64,000 bases of DNA from an uncultured delta proteobacterium. Its GTDB lineage: Bacteria > Myxococcota_A > Polyangia > Polyangiales > Polyangiaceae. How positions within the stretch are numbered: position 1 is the first letter of the stretch; the number at the start of each line of letters is the position of its first letter. Made by a program: the position numbers and the translations under genes. Under the pieces are notes generated by a model, which searched no databases, had not been told where the DNA came from, and was given only the letters and a program-made list of their open reading frames with translations. Below, one piece after another: positions 1 through 10,979 of the stretch. The stretch lies in contig CAWJCS010000004.1 of NCBI GenBank assembly GCA_963841435.1, positions 448,001-512,000 of the forward strand, in the 5' to 3' direction.

Positions 1-83
1 TCCTCTGCCCCGACACCTGCACGACCGTGCAGACCGACGACGCGGCGGAGGTGGCGATCGATTTCGGCTGCCTGGGCTCCTGA
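1..83 (+). CDS. 3' end (partial) of a vWA-family Cys-rich lipoprotein
   Basis: Frame from nt 3 reads LCPDTCTTVQTDDAAEVAIDFGCLGS*. This matches the C-terminus of the paralog at 17266-18540 (LCPNTCDMVQRDPQGSVELLFGC). Not in the ORF track. Confidence 0.7.
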   Translation, partial: LCPDTCTTVQTDDAAEVAIDFGCLGS

Positions 84-136
84 CGAGCGCATGCTGACGC
101 GGCCCGGCGGGTTGCGTAAGGCTGGCGGGAGCAGCG

Positions 137-922
137 CTACTTGCCGTTGAATCTTGGGCGCCGCCGCTCGCCGAAGGCGATGATGCCCTCACGCAGGTCC
201 TGGCTGGCGAGCAAGCGCGCTTGTCCCGTGGCCTCGCGGGCGAGCGCCTCCTCGAGCGTGGCGCCGAGCGCTGCGCGCGTGGCGAGCTTGATCTCTCGCA
301 GGGCAAGCGGCGGACCTTCCGCGAGTCGTCGTGCGAGTGCCACCGCTTCCGTCATGAGGTCGCTCGAGGGCACGACGCGATTGGCGAGCCCGAGCTCGAG
401 CGCGCGCTCTGCCCCGATCTTCTCTCCGAGGAGGAGCAGCTCGAGCGCGCGTCCCGGGCCGACCAAGCGCGGCAGGTGGTAGGTGCCGCCGCCGTCCGGC
501 ATCAGCCCGATGCCCACGAACTTCTCCTGGAGATAGCCGTCTACGGACAGCACGCGCAGGTCACAGGCGAGCGCGAGGTCGCAGCCGAACCCGACGGCCG
601 CACCGCCCACCGCGGCAATCACCGGCTGGCCAGCGTCGGCGATGGCGCGGATGCAGGCCTGGAAGGGCGCGAGGCGCTCAGCGAGCAAAACGCCCGAGTC
701 GAGGTTCGCGAGGGCCTGCTTCAGGTCCGCGCCGGAGCAGAAGGCGCCTCCGCTGCCAGTGAGCACGAGCGCGCGGACGCCGGGGTCTCCCGCCGCTCGT
801 GCGAGCTCCGAGCCCAGGCGCTCGACGAGCTCGGCATCGAGGGCATTGAGCGTTTCGGGTCTGTTGAGCCTGAGGACGGCGACCGCTCCGTCGCGCTCGG
901 CCAGCAGGGAGGGGGTCGGCAT
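137..922 (-). CDS. Enoyl-CoA hydratase/isomerase (crotonase family)
   Basis: LNRPETLNAL, AFCSGADL, AVGFGCDLALACDLR, GLMPDGGG motifs; start trimmed to ATG 922. Confidence 0.92.
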   Translation of the reverse strand: MPTPSLLAERDGAVAVLRLNRPETLNALDAELVERLGSELARAAGDPGVRALVLTGSGGAFCSGADLKQALANLDSGVLLAERLAPFQACIRAIADAGQPVIAAVGGAAVGFGCDLALACDLRVLSVDGYLQEKFVGIGLMPDGGGTYHLPRLVGPGRALELLLLGEKIGAERALELGLANRVVPSSDLMTEAVALARRLAEGPPLALREIKLATRAALGATLEEALAREATGQARLLASQDLREGIIAFGERRRPRFNGK

Positions 923-998
923 GGCTTCGCAGTATGCGGTGGCCCGTGGTGTGCGGCTACCGGAGGGGGGCCTCTCGTGGCAAGACTCCGCCAAACCG

Positions 999-1844
999 AT
1001 GGGCAGCCCGTTCGACATCCCGACCCCACCACCGCTCGCCGAGCAGCAGGGCGAAGCCTACGTTTCGCTCGTCGCCATCATGCGGCGGCTGCTCGCCCCC
1101 GACGGCTGCCCCTGGGACCGCGAGCAGAGCTATCTCACGCTTCGGCGCTACGTTCTCGAGGAAGCCTGCGAGGTGATCGACGCCATCGACGCAGGGGACT
1201 TCGAAGGGCTCAAGGAGGAGCTCGGTGATCTCGCGTTGCAAGTGGTGTTCTTGAGCGAGCTGGCGCGGCGCGAGGGTCGCTTCGGCCCCGACGATGTCCT
1301 GGCCGGCATCGTCGAGAAGCTCGTGCGCCGCCACCCGCATGTCTTCGCCGACGAGCACGTCGAGGGCGCCGAGCAGGTCGTTCAAAACTGGGAGCTCATC
1401 AAGGCCGCCGAGAAGGCTGAACGCGGTGTGCTCGATTCGGTGCCGCGCTCCCTGTCGGCGTTGTTGCGTGCCGAGCGCATGGGCGACAAGGTGAGCCGCG
1501 TCGGCTTCGATTGGCCGGACGGGCGCGGCTCGCGCGCCAAGGTGAGCGAGGAGCTCGGCGAGCTCGACGAGGCCATCGCAGGCGGCGATCGCGCCCGCAT
1601 CGAGAGCGAGCTCGGCGACCTGCTCTTTTCGCTCGTCAACCTGGCACGCCACCACGGCGTCGATCCCGAATCTGCGCTGCGCTCCACCGCCGATCGTTTC
1701 GCCAAACGCTTCTCCCACGTAGAAAAGCGCGTGAAGGAGCGACACGGGGGTTGGCCGCGCGGTCAGGACGGCAAGCCGCGAGCCGGAATCCCGCTCGAGG
1801 TGCTCGACGGCTACTGGACCGAGGCGAAGCGGGAGGCACCGTGA
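999..1844 (+). CDS. mazG: Nucleoside triphosphate pyrophosphohydrolase MazG
   Basis: GCPWDREQ, LEEACEVIDAI, EELGDL, KLVRRHPHVF, second ELGDLLF domain; ATG at 999. Confidence 0.93.
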   Translation: MGSPFDIPTPPPLAEQQGEAYVSLVAIMRRLLAPDGCPWDREQSYLTLRRYVLEEACEVIDAIDAGDFEGLKEELGDLALQVVFLSELARREGRFGPDDVLAGIVEKLVRRHPHVFADEHVEGAEQVVQNWELIKAAEKAERGVLDSVPRSLSALLRAERMGDKVSRVGFDWPDGRGSRAKVSEELGELDEAIAGGDRARIESELGDLLFSLVNLARHHGVDPESALRSTADRFAKRFSHVEKRVKERHGGWPRGQDGKPRAGIPLEVLDGYWTEAKREAP

Positions 1845-2992
1845 GCGACGTGCCGACGCCCGTCGCGCGGCTGCCGGACGAGTGGCGTGCCGAGCTCGCG
1901 CGGCACGGCGAGCCCGCCTATCGGGCGCTCCAGGTGTTTCGCTGGATCCACCGACGAGGCGAGCTCGAGCCGGAAAAGATGACGGACTTGCCCGCGGCGC
2001 TGCGCCAGGTGTTGCGGAGCGAGGGGCTAGCTCCTCCCGCCGAGGTGGTGGACGTGCGCCGGGCCGCCGACGGGACTCGCAAGGTGGTGCTGGGGCTCGC
2101 TGCGGGGGCTCGCGTCGAGTGCGTTCTCATTCCCATGACGCCGCTGGCGGACGCCGACGCCGATGCCGCGGTCGGCGACGGTGACGCCGACGACGCCGAG
2201 GACGCGGTGGGGGGTCCGACGCGCGTCACGCTGTGCGTGTCAACGCAGTTCGGCTGCGCCATGGGCTGCGTGTTCTGCGCGAGCGGTCGCGCGGGGCTCG
2301 GGCGTGGCCTCGACGCCGGCGAGATCGTAAGCCAGGTGATCCTCTCGCGGCGGCTGCTCGACCCCGGCGAGGAGCTCAGGAACCTGGTGTTCATGGGCAT
2401 GGGCGAGCCGCTTCACCACTACGAGGCAACGGCGCGAGCGCTCCGACTCTTGACTCATCCGGAGGGCGGCGGCATGAGCCCGCGGCGCATCACGGTCAGC
2501 ACCGTCGGCCTCGTGCCCGGCCTCAAGCGACTGGGCGATGATTTCGGCGGCAAAATAGGGTTGGCTGTGTCGCTGCACGCGCCCGACGACGAGACGCGCG
2601 GCCGGATCGTGCCGATGAACCGGCGCTACCCCCTCTCCGAGCTCATGCGCGCCCTGCGGCAGTACCCGTTGCCGAAGCGCCGCCGCATCACCATCGAATA
2701 CACGCTCATCGACGGTGTCAACGACAGCCGCGGCCACGCTGAGCGCCTCACCGAGCTGCTCTTCGACCTCCCCGTCAAGGTCAACCTCATTCCCATGAAC
2801 CCCGTCACGGGCTCGCCGCTCCGCGCGTCGCCGCCCGAGCGCGTCGCGGCGTTCCAGGACCTCGTTTCGGCCGCCGGGTACTCGTGCTTCGTGCGCACGC
2901 GCCGCGGCGACGAGGTCGACGCGGCCTGCGGACAGCTCGCACTCGCGCCCGATTTGATCGCGCTTGGCGGCCGCTCACGGGGGCTCACCTGA
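1841..2992 (+). CDS. rlmN: 23S rRNA (adenine-C2)-methyltransferase RlmN (radical SAM)
   Basis: CVSTQFGCAMGCVFCASG, VFMGMGEP, SLHAPDD, AACGQL; GTG overlaps the mazG stop (GTGA). Confidence 0.93.
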   Translation: MSDVPTPVARLPDEWRAELARHGEPAYRALQVFRWIHRRGELEPEKMTDLPAALRQVLRSEGLAPPAEVVDVRRAADGTRKVVLGLAAGARVECVLIPMTPLADADADAAVGDGDADDAEDAVGGPTRVTLCVSTQFGCAMGCVFCASGRAGLGRGLDAGEIVSQVILSRRLLDPGEELRNLVFMGMGEPLHHYEATARALRLLTHPEGGGMSPRRITVSTVGLVPGLKRLGDDFGGKIGLAVSLHAPDDETRGRIVPMNRRYPLSELMRALRQYPLPKRRRITIEYTLIDGVNDSRGHAERLTELLFDLPVKVNLIPMNPVTGSPLRASPPERVAAFQDLVSAAGYSCFVRTRRGDEVDAACGQLALAPDLIALGGRSRGLT

Positions 2993-4395
2993 CGCTGCCG
3001 TTCCAGCGGCTCTTGGTGGCGAACCGCGGCGAGATCGCCTGCCGCGTGTTGCGCACCGCCTCGCGCCTGGGCCTCGAGACGGTCGCGGTGTTCTCGGACG
3101 CCGACACGCTCTCTCCGCACGTGGCGCTTGCCGATCAGGCGATGCGGCTCGGCCCGGCCCCCGTCAAGCAGAGCTACCTGTCGGTCAACGCCATCCTCGG
3201 CGCGATCGCCGAAACGGGCGCTGACGCCGTGCATCCCGGCTACGGCTTGCTCAGCGAGAGCCCGGCCTTCGCCGCGGCGGTTGCCGCCGCGGGCGCCACG
3301 TTCATCGGGCCCTCGCCGCGCGCTCTCGCGACGCTCGGCGACAAGATTGCCGCTCGCCGCAGCGCCCGCGCCGTCGGCCTCGAGCCGCCGCCCGGCAGCG
3401 AGGGGCCCATCGACCCCGACGACGCGAAAGCGCTCGCCGCCGAGGCGGAGCGCATCGGCTACCCGTTGCTCGTCAAGGCCGCGGGCGGCGGCGGCGGCAT
3501 CGGCATGCAGGTGGCGGCCAACGTCGAGGAGCTCGCGCGCGCCGCTCGCGCTTGCTCGGATCGCGGACGCGCCGCTTTCCTCGACCCGAGGGTGTACCTC
3601 GAGCGCTACGTCGAGCATCCGCGGCACATCGAGCTTCAGCTGCTCGCGGACGCGCACGGAGGCGCGCGCGTGCTCGGTGAGCGCGAGTGCAGCGTCCAGC
3701 GGCGACACCAAAAGGTCATCGAGGAGAGCCCGTCGCCGGCCGCGTTCCTCGGCGGCGACCTCGGGCGCTCGCGGCGTCGGGTGCTCGCGGAGCGAGCGAT
3801 CGCGCTCGCGGCGTCGGTCGGCTACGTGGGAGCTGGAACGGTAGAGCTCGTGGCCGATGGGGAGGGCAGAAGCTATTTTCTCGAGGTGAATGCTCGACTG
3901 CAGGTCGAGCACCCGGTCACCGAGCTCGTGACGGGGCTCGACCTCGTCGAGGCACAGCTCCGCATCGCCGCTGGCGAGCCGCTTTCGCGCGAGGTGCTCG
4001 AGGCCGAGCCGCAGGGCCACGCGATCGAGATGCGCCTCTACGCCGAGGACCCGGCCAAGGGCTACCTGCCCCAGCCCGGCCGGCTCGAGCGCCTGCGGTT
4101 TCCGGAGGGTTTGCCCGGTGTGCGCGTCGACGCCGGCTACAGCGAGGGGGGCGAGGTGACGGTGCACTACGACCCGCTGATCGCCAAGATCATCGCGCAC
4201 GGTGCCACGCGGGCGGAGGCGATCGCGCGCCTCGACGCAGCGCTCGCCGCGACCGTGGTCGAGCTCGTGGGGCCCAAGGGGAGGCGGGCCACGAACCTAG
4301 AGCTCGGGCGCCGGGTGCTCGCCTCGGCCCCCTTCCGGGCCGGCGACTACGACACGACGCTCCTCGCGAGCCTGCCGAGCGAGGGGCCCGGCTAG
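2989..4395 (+). CDS. Biotin carboxylase subunit (acetyl/propionyl-CoA carboxylase family), no biotinyl domain
   Basis: LVANRGEIACR, HPGYGLLSE, KAAGGGGGIGM, RECSVQRRHQK, EVNARLQVEHPVTE. Start uncertain (CTG overlapping the rlmN stop). Confidence 0.88.
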   Translation: MTLPFQRLLVANRGEIACRVLRTASRLGLETVAVFSDADTLSPHVALADQAMRLGPAPVKQSYLSVNAILGAIAETGADAVHPGYGLLSESPAFAAAVAAAGATFIGPSPRALATLGDKIAARRSARAVGLEPPPGSEGPIDPDDAKALAAEAERIGYPLLVKAAGGGGGIGMQVAANVEELARAARACSDRGRAAFLDPRVYLERYVEHPRHIELQLLADAHGGARVLGERECSVQRRHQKVIEESPSPAAFLGGDLGRSRRRVLAERAIALAASVGYVGAGTVELVADGEGRSYFLEVNARLQVEHPVTELVTGLDLVEAQLRIAAGEPLSREVLEAEPQGHAIEMRLYAEDPAKGYLPQPGRLERLRFPEGLPGVRVDAGYSEGGEVTVHYDPLIAKIIAHGATRAEAIARLDAALAATVVELVGPKGRRATNLELGRRVLASAPFRAGDYDTTLLASLPSEGPG

Positions 4396-4396
4396 G

Positions 4397-6137
4397 ATGG
4401 ACCGGCCCGGCAATCCGTTCGCGGCGGCCCGCGCCTGGATCGCGGGCGACCCCGACGCTCGCACGCGATCCGAGCTCGAGGCGCTCGTCGCCGGCGGCGA
4501 TCGGGAGGCCCTGAGCGAGCGAATGGCGGGCCCGTTGACGTTCGGAACGGCGGGTCTGCGGGCGCCCGTCGGTGCCGGCAGCGCGCGCATGAACCGCGCC
4601 ACCGTCATCCGGACCACGCGCGGCCTCGCGGACTTTCTGGTGGCGCGGCGAGACGGCGCGCGGGCCCTACCGGTCGTCGTGGGGCACGACGCGCGCACCA
4701 CGAGCCCGGAGCTCGCCCGCGACACGGTCGCCGTGCTCAGGGCCGCGGGGCTCCCCGTGCGCTTCTTTCCCGAGCCTGTCCCCACGCCGCTCGTCGCGTA
4801 CGCCGCACGCGCGCTCGGCGCCACGGCCGCTGTCGTCGTGACGGCGAGCCACAATCCGCGCGAAGACAACGGCTACAAGGTGTACCTCGACGACGCCGTG
4901 CAGCTCGTGGCTCCGCACGACGCAGCCATCGCCGCCTCGATCGAAAAGGTCGGCGATGCAGCGAGTGTGCCGCGGCGCGAGGCCAGCGACGACGAGCGTC
5001 TCGAACGGCTCGAGGTCGCCCCGTGGTTCGAGCGCTACCTCACCGAAGCGTTCGGCTCGCTCGGGATCGGCGAGCCCGAGCAGAAGCCCCTCAAGATCGT
5101 GTACACGCCGCTTCACGGGGTCGGGTTCCGCTTCGCGCGCGAAGCGCTCGAGCGTGCCGGCTTCACCGACGTGCACGTCGTGCCGGAGCAGGCGGAGCCC
5201 GACGGTGCTTTTCCAACGACGCCATTTCCGAACCCGGAGGAGCCGGGCACGCTGGCGCTCGGGCTCGAGCTCGCCGAACGGGTTCGGGCCGATCTCGTTG
5301 ATCGCCAACGACCCCGACGCCGATCGTCTCGCGGCGGCCGTACCCGCACCGAGCGGGCGCTTCATCACGCTGACCGGCAACCAGCTCGGAGCACTGCTTT
5401 GCGCCGCGAGCCTCGACCGCTTCGCTGGTCCGGGTCAGCCCCTCGTGCTCACGAGCCTCGTGACGAGCCCACTCGTCGAGGCGATCGCAAGGTCACGTGG
5501 CGCGCGCTTCGAGCGGACCTTGACGGGTTTCAAGTGGATCTGGACGGCTGCACTCGCCTTGGAGCGACGCGGCGGAGTGCGCTTCTGTTGCGGCATGGAA
5601 GAGGCGCTCGGCTATTCGGTGACGCCCGTCGTGCGCGACAAAGACGGCATCTCGGCCGCGGTGCTGCTCGCCGGGCTCGCGGCCCGCGCGCGGGCGGCCG
5701 GACACACGCTGCTCGAACGCCTGCACGCGACGTACGCCGAGCACGGGCTCTGGGTCAGCTTGCAGCGGAGCGTGCCGCTATCGAAGGCCATGGTCGAAGA
5801 GGTTGGGATGGCGGTCATCGACCGGTTGGCTCAATCGCCACCCCAGGAGCTGGCCGGGATTCGCGTGACCGAGGTGGTGGATCATCGGACCGGCGCCGAA
5901 GCGCGCCCGCCTTGGCTTGCCGCTTCGCCGCTGGTCGAGCTAAAGCTCGCGTGCGGTCGGCTGCTCATGCGACCGAGCGGCACGGAGCCCAAGCTCAAGC
6001 TGTACGTCGATCTCCGAGCGGACGGGCCGGGCCACGGCTCACTCGAAGAGGCAGAGCGCGCACTCGGCGATACGGCACGGGCCGTCGCCGAGGCCCTCGT
6101 CGAGCGGCTCGCATCCCCCGGTCTCCAAGGCCGCTGA
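4397..6137 (+). CDS. Phosphomannomutase/phosphoglucomutase family; +1 frameshift near 5300 (probable sequence error)
   Basis: FGTAGLR and TASHNP in ORF 4397; ANDPDADR, TLTGFKWI, RDKDG and RPSGTEPKLK in the next frame. Span of 1741 nt is 3n+1. Confidence 0.88.
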
Positions 6138-6155
6138 GCCGCGGGAGCCCGCCGC

Positions 6156-7466
6156 TCACTCGCGGTCGTACGGCACGACCTCGCTCGAAGCGAGGCCGCT
6201 CACGGCCTTCCTCACGTCGTCCCCCACCTCCGATTCCGTGCCCACGACGGCCACGACGAGGTCATCCTCCGGCAGGCGGCGCCTCACGGCTTCGTTGGCG
6301 GCATCGAGCGTCACCGCCTGGAGCTGTTCCAGGTAGCGGGTGTAGTAGCCGCTCGGCAGGTCATAGAGCTTCTGGTCGAGGGCGAGGCCGATGCGCTTGG
6401 CGGCGGTGTCGATCGCGAAGGCGTGCGACCGCACGAGGTACCGCTTGGCCCAGCCGAGCTCCGCCTTGGTGAGCCCCTGCGCGCGGAACTTCGCCAACAT
6501 CTCGAGCTCGAGGGCGATGCAAGCAGCGGCGTCCGTGGCCTTCGGGAAGGTCCACATGCTGAACGCCTGGCGGCGTCGATCGAAGGGAAGGCTCGAATAC
6601 GCGCCGTAGGACCAGCCGCGCTTGGCGCGCACTTCCTGCATGAGGCGCGCCGTGAACGTGCCGCCGAAGGCGGTGTTCGCCACGGCAAGCGGGAAGTGAT
6701 CGGAGTCGTTCGGGTGGGTCCCGAGACCACCAATCAGGATCTGCGTTTGTGTGCGCTCCGGCTTATCGACGAGCACGAGGCGACGTCCGACGATCGGCGT
6801 CGGGTCGGGAGTGCCGTCACGGCGCGCCTCGCCAGGCGATAGGCCCTGGGTGAGAAGACGACCAAGCTCCTCGGCTCGGCTTTCGTCGATGTCCCCGGCG
6901 AGGGCGATCACGATGTTTTCGGGCACCACGAGCCGGCGATAAAGCTCGCGGATCGTATCCGGCGTCGTGGCGCGCACGCCCGACAGCGTGCCGCTCGCTG
7001 ATCGCGCATATGGGTGTCCCTGAAAGACACGACGTCGGAACCAGCGCCGCACCAGCCCGCGATCGTCGTCGAGAGCCTCGACGAGCTCGGCCTCGCTCTC
7101 GCGCTTGAGGCGCGAAAGCTCGTCCTCGGGCAGGCTCGGCCTGAGCAGCGTGTCGCTCAAGAACTCGAAGAAGCGCTCGAGCGAGCGCGAGATCACGGCG
7201 CCCTGGAACACGACCGTGCTCGCCGTCACCTCGGCTCCCAGCGACGCGCCCATGCCCTCGACGAGCGCATCGTTCTCCTCGGCCGAGCGGCCACCCGCGC
7301 TGCGGCGCATGAGCCGCGAGAGCAGGCGCACCGCGCCCTCGGAGCCGGGTGGATCCTCGATGGCACCGGTGCGAAGGGCCACGCTGAGGGCGACGAGCGG
7401 CAGATCGCGGCTCGTCTCGACGAGCAGCTCGGTCCCGCTTCTGGGCCTCGGCTCAGGGCTCGTCAC
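6156..7466 (-). CDS. M16 (pitrilysin) family peptidase, non-catalytic subunit
   Basis: FGGTFTARLMQEVRAKRGWSYGAYS, HPYAR; HxxEH absent; paired with the upstream M16 gene. Confidence 0.85.
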   Translation of the reverse strand: MTSPEPRPRSGTELLVETSRDLPLVALSVALRTGAIEDPPGSEGAVRLLSRLMRRSAGGRSAEENDALVEGMGASLGAEVTASTVVFQGAVISRSLERFFEFLSDTLLRPSLPEDELSRLKRESEAELVEALDDDRGLVRRWFRRRVFQGHPYARSASGTLSGVRATTPDTIRELYRRLVVPENIVIALAGDIDESRAEELGRLLTQGLSPGEARRDGTPDPTPIVGRRLVLVDKPERTQTQILIGGLGTHPNDSDHFPLAVANTAFGGTFTARLMQEVRAKRGWSYGAYSSLPFDRRRQAFSMWTFPKATDAAACIALELEMLAKFRAQGLTKAELGWAKRYLVRSHAFAIDTAAKRIGLALDQKLYDLPSGYYTRYLEQLQAVTLDAANEAVRRRLPEDDLVVAVVGTESEVGDDVRKAVSGLASSEVVPYDRE

Positions 7467-8777
7467 TCGGCTGCTTCCTCGGTGGCGCTGGCGAGGTCCG
7501 CACGCACGAGGATCACGCTGCGCGACGTGTCCGTGAGAAACCGGCGCGCTGCGCGCAACAGATCGCTCGTGCCGAGACGCCTGAGCGCCTCGAGCCGCTC
7601 GAAGGCGGCCGCGGGGCGGCCGAGCACCGTTTCGTAGAAACCGAGCGTGGCGGCCTTGCCTTCGGCCGTCTCTAGGCTCGCGACCAGGCCGAGCTCCGTC
7701 CGTGCGCGCGCGCGTTCGATCTCCTCCGTCGTCACGGGCTCCTTCCGGACGCGCTCGAGCTCGGCGTCGAGCGCCGCGAGCAGCTCCTCCGCTCGATGGC
7801 CCTCGCGCGCCGAGGCGTAGATCTCGAGCAAGCCGGGGTCGCGGAACGGCCCCACCGAGGCCCGCACGTCGGCGGTGATTTCGAGCTTTCGCACGAGCGT
7901 CTGGTGCGCACGACTCGCGCGGCCGCCGAACAGCACGTCCACCAACAGCGCGAGCGCCTGATGGTCGAAGTCGCCGAGCGCAGGCGCGTGATAGCCGATG
8001 GCGAGCTTCTCGGTGGGCGTGGGCTTCTTCACCTCGCGCCGCCGCTCCGCGATTTGCGGCGGCTCGGCGTGGAAATCCTCGACCGGCAGCTCGCTGGGCG
8101 GCATCGAGCCGTAGGCGCGTGACAGCTTCTCGAGCAGGGCTGCCTCGGTGAAGTCACCGACGACGATGACCGTCGCGTTGTTGGGGGCGTAGTAGGTGCG
8201 ATAAAACTCCGCGCAGTCGTCGGTGGTGAAGCCTTCGATGTCGCGCATCCAGCCGATCGTCGGCCAGCGATAGGCGTGATTTTGGAATGCGGTCGCCCAG
8301 AGTAGCTCGCTGACGGAGCCCTCGACGTCGTCGTCGACCCGATAGCGCCGCTCGTTGGCGACGACTTCCTTTTCGCTCTTCACCTGCGGCTCGCGGAGCA
8401 CGAGCTTCGACATGCGCTCCGCCTCGAGCTCGATGACCAGTCCGAGCTTCTCTTTTGGAATCGCGATGTTGTACTGCGTCCAATCGAGCCAGGTCGAAGC
8501 GTTGCTCTCGGCGCCCGCCTCTTCGAGCTTGCGATCGAACTCGCCGGGCGCGCGCCCCTCGACCTCGTTGAACATCAGATGCTCGAAGAGGTGCGCGAGA
8601 CCCGTCTTGCCGTCGCGCTCGTGCCGCGATCCAACGCGAAACCAGGTGTGAAACGCGACGACGGGCGCCGAGCGATCCTCGCACGTCAGGATCTCGAGGC
8701 CGCTTTGCATGCGGAAGCGCTCCACCCGTAGGCGGCTGCCGAACGGGATGCTCTCGATGTGCTCGATGCGCCCCCAT
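7463..8777 (-). CDS. M16 family zinc peptidase, catalytic subunit
   Basis: GLAHLFEHLMF (HxxEH), NASTWLDWT, ERRYR. The ORF track starts at GTG 8725. ATG 8777 would be in frame (MGRIEHIESIPFG) if one G were removed from the G run at 8771-8775. Confidence 0.88.
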
Positions 8778-8888
8778 TGCGGCGCGCGCTGGTTAAATCT
8801 TGTCGAGGCGCTGCGAGCGGGCGGACATGACGGACACTTTCGGTAGCAGTCGGGCGCGAGCGCGGCAAGCGCGGCGAGAGGCGCGCCC

Positions 8889-10688
8889 CTAAAGCTTCAA
8901 GATGGCGAGGAACGCTTCCTGTGGAACCTCGACACTGCCGACCGACTTCATGCGCTTCTTGCCTTCCTTCTGCTTTTCGAGGAGCTTTCGCTTGCGCGTG
9001 ATGTCGCCGCCGTAACACTTTGCAGTCACGTCCTTGCGGAGCGCGCGCACGGTTTCACGGCTGATCACCTTCGAGCCGATGGCCGCCTGGATCGCGACCT
9101 CGTACTGTTGGCGCGGCACGAGCTCCTTGAGCTTTGCCGCTAGCGCTCGGCCGCGCGCGTAGGCCGACTCGCGATGAACGATCACGCTCAGCGCATCCAG
9201 CGGGTCGCCGTTCAAGAGCATGTCGAGCTTCACGAGGTCGTCGCTGCGGTAGCCCGTCACCTCGTAATCCATGCTCGCGTAGCCGCGCGAGACGCTCTTC
9301 AGCTTGTCGTGAAAATCGAGGATCACCTCGGCGAGCGGTAGCTCGTAGGTGACGACGACGTAGTCCTTCGTGGCGAAGTGGATGCCGATCTGGGTGCCGC
9401 GGCGCTCCTCGCACAGGGCAACGACGGCACCCACGTGCTCGGACGGCACGTGCACCGTGAGCTTCAGGATGGGCTCCTCGATGCTCTCGAGGTCGCCCAC
9501 CGGGGGCATCTTCGACGGGTTGTCGACGCGCACCGTCTCGCCGGTCTTCTTGTGGGCGACGTACACGACGCTCGGGGCCGTCGTGATGAGGTCGAGGTTG
9601 TACTCGCGCTCCAGGCGCTCCTGGATGATTTCCATGTGGAGCAGGCCCAGAAATCCGCAGCGGAAGCCGAACCCGAGGGCGTCCGACGTGTCGGGCTCGA
9701 ACTGAAACGAGGAGTCGTTCATGTGAAGCTTCGCGAGGGCGTCGCGCAGGTTCTCGTATTCGGCCGAATCGGTCGGGTAGATGCCCGCGAAGACCATGGG
9801 CTTCACCTCCCGGAAGCCGGGTAGGGGGACGGTCGCGCCCTTGAGCGCGTGGGTCACCGTGTCGCCGATCTTCGTGTCCTCGGTGCTCTTCACGTTGCCG
9901 GCGACGAAGCCCACCTCGCCGGGCCCGAGCTCGTCGAGCGCCGTTGCGTGCGGCGTGAACGCGCCGATCTCGGTGACCTCGTAGGTGCGTCCCGTGGCCA
10001 TGAACGAGATTCGCTCGCCCTTCTTCAGCGTGCCCTCCATCACCCGGAGCATGACGACTGCGCCGCGATAGCTGTCGTACCAGCTGTCGAACAGGAGCGC
10101 GCGCAGCGGCGCCGCTGCGTCGCCCGTCGGCGGCGGAATGCGCGCCACGACCGCTTCGAGCAGCTCGGGCACGCCCTGGCCCGTCTTGCCGCTCACGAAC
10201 AGCGCGCCGCTGCAATCGAGCCCGATGACCTCCTCGATCTGCTCGGCGGCGCGATCGACGTCGGCCGACGCCAGGTCGACCTTGTTGAGGACGGGGATGA
10301 TCTCCAGTGAATTTTCGGTCGCGAGATAGGCGTTGGCGACGGTCTGCGCCTCGACCCCTTGCGTCGCATCGACCACGAGGAGCGCGCCCTCGCACGCTCT
10401 CAGGCTGCTCGAAACCTCGTAGTTGAAATCGACGTGCCCCGGCGTGTCGATGAGCTGAAGCTGGTAGTCCTGTCCGTCCTTCGCGCGGTAGCGCAGGCGC
10501 ACGGATTGCGCCTTGATGGTGATGCCGCGCTCGCGCTCGAGCTCGAGCTTGTCGAGGAACTGCTCCACGCGCTCGCGCGCGGTCACGGCGCCCGTCACGT
10601 CGAGGATCCGATCGGCGAGCGTGCTCTTGCCGTGGTCGACGTGGGCGATGATCGAGAAATTTCGGATCTTGTTGGGAGCGGTCGCCAT
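8889..10688 (-). CDS. lepA: Translation elongation factor 4 (LepA)
   Basis: [70 protein letters not shown]. Confidence 0.98.
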   Translation of the reverse strand: MATAPNKIRNFSIIAHVDHGKSTLADRILDVTGAVTARERVEQFLDKLELERERGITIKAQSVRLRYRAKDGQDYQLQLIDTPGHVDFNYEVSSSLRACEGALLVVDATQGVEAQTVANAYLATENSLEIIPVLNKVDLASADVDRAAEQIEEVIGLDCSGALFVSGKTGQGVPELLEAVVARIPPPTGDAAAPLRALLFDSWYDSYRGAVVMLRVMEGTLKKGERISFMATGRTYEVTEIGAFTPHATALDELGPGEVGFVAGNVKSTEDTKIGDTVTHALKGATVPLPGFREVKPMVFAGIYPTDSAEYENLRDALAKLHMNDSSFQFEPDTSDALGFGFRCGFLGLLHMEIIQERLEREYNLDLITTAPSVVYVAHKKTGETVRVDNPSKMPPVGDLESIEEPILKLTVHVPSEHVGAVVALCEERRGTQIGIHFATKDYVVVTYELPLAEVILDFHDKLKSVSRGYASMDYEVTGYRSDDLVKLDMLLNGDPLDALSVIVHRESAYARGRALAAKLKELVPRQQYEVAIQAAIGSKVISRETVRALRKDVTAKCYGGDITRKRKLLEKQKEGKKRMKSVGSVEVPQEAFLAILKL

Positions 10689-10707
10689 CGGGTCTCGGCC
10701 CGGGCGC

Positions 10708-10920
10708 CTACTTGCGTACCCGGCTCGCGGTCTCCTTGACGCTCTGAGCGTCCAGAGTTCGTTGGCCGGGCAGCGACTCCTCGTATTTCTTCAACACGAG
10801 GTCGATGCCTTCCCGGATGTAGACCGCGACCGGAACCTTGGTGCGCGAGTGCAACAGGTGCAAAAGCTCGTTTTGCTCCGGCGTGATGTAGATGGTCGTG
10901 GAGATCTTCTTCCGGGACAT
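10708..10920 (-). CDS. cdbA: Ribbon-helix-helix DNA-binding protein, CdbA-like (c-di-GMP-binding nucleoid-associated protein)
   Basis: [18 protein letters not shown]...[20 protein letters not shown] closely matches my recollection of M. xanthus CdbA. Confidence 0.8.
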   Translation of the reverse strand: MSRKKISTTIYITPEQNELLHLLHSRTKVPVAVYIREGIDLVLKKYEESLPGQRTLDAQSVKETASRVRK

Positions 10921-10950
10921 CGGTCGCGCGGCTTCGAATTGCGAGCCGTT

Positions 10951-10979
10951 ACATTAGATTCCCATACGTGCATTGTCAA
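10951..10979 (-). promoter_or_regulatory. Sigma70-type promoter for cdbA
   Basis: Minus strand TTGACA (10979-10974), 17-nt spacer, TAATGT (10956-10951), about 30 nt upstream of ATG 10920. Confidence 0.65.

Noticed and set aside
999-1844. MazG (or the SNF2 gene) as part of an anti-phage defence island
   Set aside because: Canonical two-domain MazG in a housekeeping operon, with no flanking defence, toxin or mobility genes and no compositional shift.
4397-6472. 691-aa phosphomutase with a novel C-terminus
   Set aside because: The tail after ~5300 is out-of-frame read-through. The real C-terminal motifs are in the frame ending at 6137.
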